Part shown: positions 60,730-64,000 of the stretch, piece by piece
Numbering within the stretch: the first letter of the stretch is position 1
How the letters are laid out: every line of letters starts with the position of its first letter
Origin: Methanobacteriota archaeon
GTDB taxonomy: Archaea; Thermoplasmatota; E2; DHVEG-1
DNA: 64,000 nucleotides
NCBI GenBank assembly: GCA_963769885.1
Contig: CAVYNH010000007.1
Coordinates: forward strand, 352,001 to 416,000
Reading direction: 5' to 3'
The notes under the pieces: model-generated
What the model was told of the DNA's origin: nothing
Databases searched by the model: none
The model's input: the letters and a program-made list of their open reading frames with translations, nothing else
Program-made: the position numbers and the translations under genes

Positions 60730-61277
60730 GTTTTGCCTCCTTTTTCCCTTTGTATTTAATATCTTGTTCGGATATATAAAGATTTTCAAGAGAAGGACAT
60801 ATATAGTGCTTAATAAAATAATAAACAAAAAAATCCTCAAAACTAAGGAGAGAATCATCTAGTGCTATCATACATAATAGGAAAATAATTTGTGCATCTC
60901 TATTCCCACCTAGAGAGACGATCGTTCAGCCAGACACAAGGCCGTATCAAAGACTACAGAACCCGGCCTACAATAGGGGCGGATGAAGCAACCGCTCCCT
61001 CCAAGCGAGACCCTCACGCAAAATCGATGCCATTTGCGCGTCTGAGTTCACCAAATTGAGTAAGAAAACCATCGACAGGCCAACCTCCGCACAAGATTTT
61101 TCATACAACAACCGTGCTCTCTTGCCATACGATGCACGGAACGAATCAATAACCTCGCGATTCCGATGAAGTCTCGGCCATGTAGACTTTTACCATCGTC
61201 GCAATCTTCTTCATGCAATCAAATCAAAGAACAAACCACCATACTCTACAAGAAAACCAAAAAAAGTGATGGGTGAA

Positions 61278-61351
61278 CGGACCTGTGGGGATTCGAACCC
61301 CAGTAACCGGCTCCGAAGGCCGGTAGGATATCCAGACTACCTCACAGGCCC
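61278..61351 (-). tRNA. tRNA-Arg(TCG)
   Basis: Reverse complement GGGCCTGTGAGGTAGTCTGGATATCCTACCGGCCTTCGGAGCCGGTTACTGGGGTTCGAATCCCCACAGGTCCG; anticodon TCG; TATA (TTTTATA) about 30 nt upstream. Confidence 0.96.
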
Positions 61352-61470
61352 AAACCTAGACCACGGAATACCCAGGCCACTATAAAACATCGAGCGTCAA
61401 CAAACATAAAACAAAATAAAAAATGATGTGGCTACGACCACAGTCCAGCCGTAGCCAAACGTAGTAGTGT

Positions 61471-62601
61471 TTATCGGACGAAGTCGATAGCGCCGACCTT
61501 GGGGTTGCTGAGGACCTTCCGCGGCTGCACCGTCATCGGCAACGGGTTCATCCGCTTGTCCGGCTTGGAGCTCAGGATGTTCGGCGACTGCACCCCAGTC
61601 ATGAGCGCCATGACGCGGCACTTACCCTCGAAGGCAGGATCCACACGGGCGCCAAGGATGACGTTCGCATAGCAGTCCATGTCCTGCGTCAGGGTCTTCG
61701 CGACGTCCTGGACGTACTTCAGGCTCATGTTCGGCCCGCCTGTGATGTGCACGAGCGCGCTGTGCGCCCCATGGTAGTCGACATTGAGCAGCGGGTGGTT
61801 CAACGCTTCCTTAACGATGGCGTCCACGCCGGCCTCCTCGTCGGCCTCGCCCCAAAGCATGACCGACAGCCCGCCGGAGTCCATGACCGCCTTCATGTCC
61901 GCGAAGTCCAGGTTGATGAGCGAGGGCATGGTGATGGTCTCGGAAATGCCCTTGACGGTCTCGGCGACGAGCTGGTCCATGACGCTGAACGCCTGGTTAA
62001 TCGGCAGGTTCGGGACGAATTCGAGGAGCCGGTTGTTGTCCAACACGACGGTGCTGTCCGCAGCGGTCCGCAGTTTGTCGAGGCCCTCGTCCGCCTTAAC
62101 AAGCCGTGCCCGCTCGACATTGAAGGGGGTAGAAACCATGGCGGTGACAATTGCGCCGTTCTTCTTGGCGATCTCCGCGATAACGGGTGCGGATCCGGTG
62201 CCGGTGCCGCCGCCCATGCCGGCGCAGACGAAAACCAAGTCAGCGTCAGAGAGGAGCTCTTCGATCTCGCGGGACGATTCGCGGGCCGCGCGTTCGCCGA
62301 CTTCGGGGAAGCCGCCGGCGCCGAGGCCGCGGGTCAGGTTCTTGCCGATGAGTAGTTTGAAATCTGATTCCATGAGGTCAAGGGCCATTTTGTCGGTGTT
62401 GACGCAGATGGTCTTGGCTCCCTTGACGCCGAGTTTGTGTAAGCGGGTGATGGTGTTGCCTCCAGCGCCACCGCAGCCAACGATACTGATGCGGGGGGTG
62501 CCGAAGAGGCCATCATCGACTTTTTGTTTGCTCTCCTCATCCAGTTTATTTCCTATAGCAGTCTCGATGAAGGACTGCATGTTGTTTTTGCTCTCAGCCA
62601 T
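61471..62601 (-). CDS. ftsZ: Cell division protein FtsZ (FtsZ2-type by context)
   Basis: [39 protein letters not shown]. Confidence 0.97.
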   Translation of the reverse strand: MAESKNNMQSFIETAIGNKLDEESKQKVDDGLFGTPRISIVGCGGAGGNTITRLHKLGVKGAKTICVNTDKMALDLMESDFKLLIGKNLTRGLGAGGFPEVGERAARESSREIEELLSDADLVFVCAGMGGGTGTGSAPVIAEIAKKNGAIVTAMVSTPFNVERARLVKADEGLDKLRTAADSTVVLDNNRLLEFVPNLPINQAFSVMDQLVAETVKGISETITMPSLINLDFADMKAVMDSGGLSVMLWGEADEEAGVDAIVKEALNHPLLNVDYHGAHSALVHITGGPNMSLKYVQDVAKTLTQDMDCYANVILGARVDPAFEGKCRVMALMTGVQSPNILSSKPDKRMNPLPMTVQPRKVLSNPKVGAIDFVR

Positions 62602-62717
62602 TTTCCTATTCCTCCTAACTCTCCATCTTCAGTCTTTTACTGGTAGTTGGGAAGGACGCCTCTTAATCGAGCGTCCTTCCTCCTGAGGGGTGCATCCCAT
62701 CCCCTTCTTGAACCAGA

Positions 62718-62945
62718 TTATTTTTTCGTGTAAGGTTCCATGGCAGCGACCGCAGCCTCGAGTTCCTGGACTTTCTTTATTTTGTCTGCTTTCTCCAGGA
62801 TTTCTTCCGCTTTGTTTTTTATGAATTCATTGACAGCGTGGCGGATCACCTCGGAGCGTGTTTGGTACTCTCCGGCTCTGATGAATAGGTCGATTTGCCG
62901 GAGGTAGATGTCCGGGAGTCGTAGGGTGATGCGGTCGTTGTCCAT
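62718..62945 (-). CDS. cdrS: Ribbon-helix-helix regulator of cell division (CdrS-like)
   Basis: 'RITLRLP...IDLFI..GEY.TRSEVIRHAV'; directly upstream of ftsZ; start ATG 62945. Confidence 0.85.
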   Translation of the reverse strand: MDNDRITLRLPDIYLRQIDLFIRAGEYQTRSEVIRHAVNEFIKNKAEEILEKADKIKKVQELEAAVAAMEPYTKK

Positions 62946-62964
62946 TCTCTCCTCACACGTGGTG

Positions 62965-63086
62965 GTGTCAGGTTTTTTGATGTCTTGTGCGTGTCTGGGG
63001 GACGGTTTTTTGACATCCATCAGACGACAAAAGACATCATTTGTCTGACGAACGACGAATAGGCGGCACCGTTTAAATATCTTTCT
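62965..63086 (-). promoter_or_regulatory. cdrS-ftsZ promoter (BRE/TATA at 63072-63086) and putative RHH operator array
   Basis: AGAAAGATATTTAAA on the minus strand; repeated GTC/GAC elements including AGACA-n5-TGTCT. Confidence 0.6.
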
Positions 63087-63418
63087 ATTTATGCCGATTT
63101 TCCCGGCGGCGTAAGACCGCGTAACTATTGCGTCTATTTCTCCTTAGGTTTGGGGAGCGGAATGCACCTACGTATGCAGCTGGATTAGCGGATGAGGCAG
63201 GTATGGCTTGCGGTGCGGCTCTGGCACGAACCGTTGGGAGCGCTGCAATCGTAATAAGTCGTTTTTTTAATTAAATATTTTTATTATTTCTTATCAATAA
63301 TTTTTAGGTAGGGGCTCTGGAACGTTGGTGAGGATTGCAGAACAAGGTGTCTTTTTTTAACATACTGGACCTCCTCCTGCTTCTACAAACCCACTTCCCT
63401 TCTCCTGATGATCGTGGG

Positions 63419-64000
63419 TTAAGCGAGTCGGGCAAAGGCCATGGTGCCAGAGATTTTTTCGATCTTGACTTTGACGGTGCTGCCTTTGACGGCACCGGGG
63501 ATGTAGATGATATATTTGTCGTAGAAGGCGACGCCGTCCCCGCGTTTGCCGATGTCCTTGATCGTCAGCTCATACTCCTCGCCTTCCTTCAGCGAGGGGG
63601 TGGCGGTGCTGACCTTTTTCTTGCGCATGGATTTGATGGAGCGGATTGCGCCACAGGCGTCGCAGCGCAGCATGAGCGTGCGGTCTTTTTTGACAAGATG
63701 GGTGTCCGGGCGCGTACACTCCTGGCAGATGACGTAGGTCTCGACGTACTCGTCGAGTCTGTCCTGCAGGGTCTTCATGGGAATCTTGCCTTGGAAGATG
63801 ACGCGACCACCGGAAATCTCCCCGGCGGTGCCGACGGAGCCGAGCAGAAACTTGAGGAAATGGTTAGGATCCCGGTTGAGGATATCGACGATTTTATCGA
63901 AGTTGCGGATGACCGTGGTGTTGCCCTCATAAAAAACGTCGACCTTAGGGACTTTAAGGCGTTCGTCAACGATACGTTCCTTTGAAGTGAGGCTTTGCAA
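63419..64000 (-). CDS. eif2b: Translation initiation factor 2 beta subunit with C-terminal TRAM domain (5' truncated by the window edge)
   Basis: 'TVIRNF..I...LNRD..H', CQECTRPDT, CDACGA, TRAM 'IKDIGKRGDGVA'. Confidence 0.95.
   Translation of the reverse strand: MQSLTSKERIVDERLKVPKVDVFYEGNTTVIRNFDKIVDILNRDPNHFLKFLLGSVGTAGEISGGRVIFQGKIPMKTLQDRLDEYVETYVICQECTRPDTHLVKKDRTLMLRCDACGAIRSIKSMRKKKVSTATPSLKEGEEYELTIKDIGKRGDGVAFYDKYIIYIPGAVKGSTVKVKIEKISGTMAFARLA

Noticed and set aside
3782-61351. Integrated element at tRNA-Ile or tRNA-Arg
   Set aside because: No duplicated tRNA 3' end (att site) was noticed, and there is no integrase or viral gene in the window.
55450-62682. 12-nt match GAGGAAGGACGC between the 55.45 kb spacer and the cdrS-ftsZ hairpin (possible sRNA-target pair)
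   Set aside because: Many 12-mer matches are expected by chance in 64 kb, and there is no further complementarity.

Overview
Archaeal chromosomal DNA, most consistent with Thermoplasmatota of the MBG-D/Thermoprofundales type. That placement is an inference from the aIF2-beta-TRAM fusion, cdrS-ftsZ, and the many secreted peptidases and Ig/propeller surface proteins. The window is gene-dense. Core genes include pheS, HMG-CoA synthase/thiolase/DUF35, aMBF1-tsaC-map, dys, MEMO1, hpt-mfnA, hutI/formiminotransferase/cyclodeaminase, cdc6, priS, aCPSF1-psmB, kbl-like, ftsZ-cdrS, aIF2-beta, tRNA-Ile(GAT) and tRNA-Arg(TCG). These are interleaved with large secreted or surface proteins: C25-like, caspase-like, M14, NosD-like, FG-GAP/PKD, DUF2341/FN3 and a PGF-CTERM protein. 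No transposase, integrase, CRISPR array or rRNA was seen. Five signals stand out. (1) Alternating multi-kb domains of extreme C/A versus G/T strand skew are not fixed by gene orientation and can flip inside a single gene. (2) Two recurring C-terminal domains on unrelated secreted proteins are candidate sorting or anchoring modules. (3) Several +1 frameshifts sit directly beside GTAC, a possible methylation footprint in a long-read assembly. (4) Two surface-protein genes have signal peptides that require CTG/ATT starts. (5) A helically phased GTC/GAC array lies in the cdrS-ftsZ leader.
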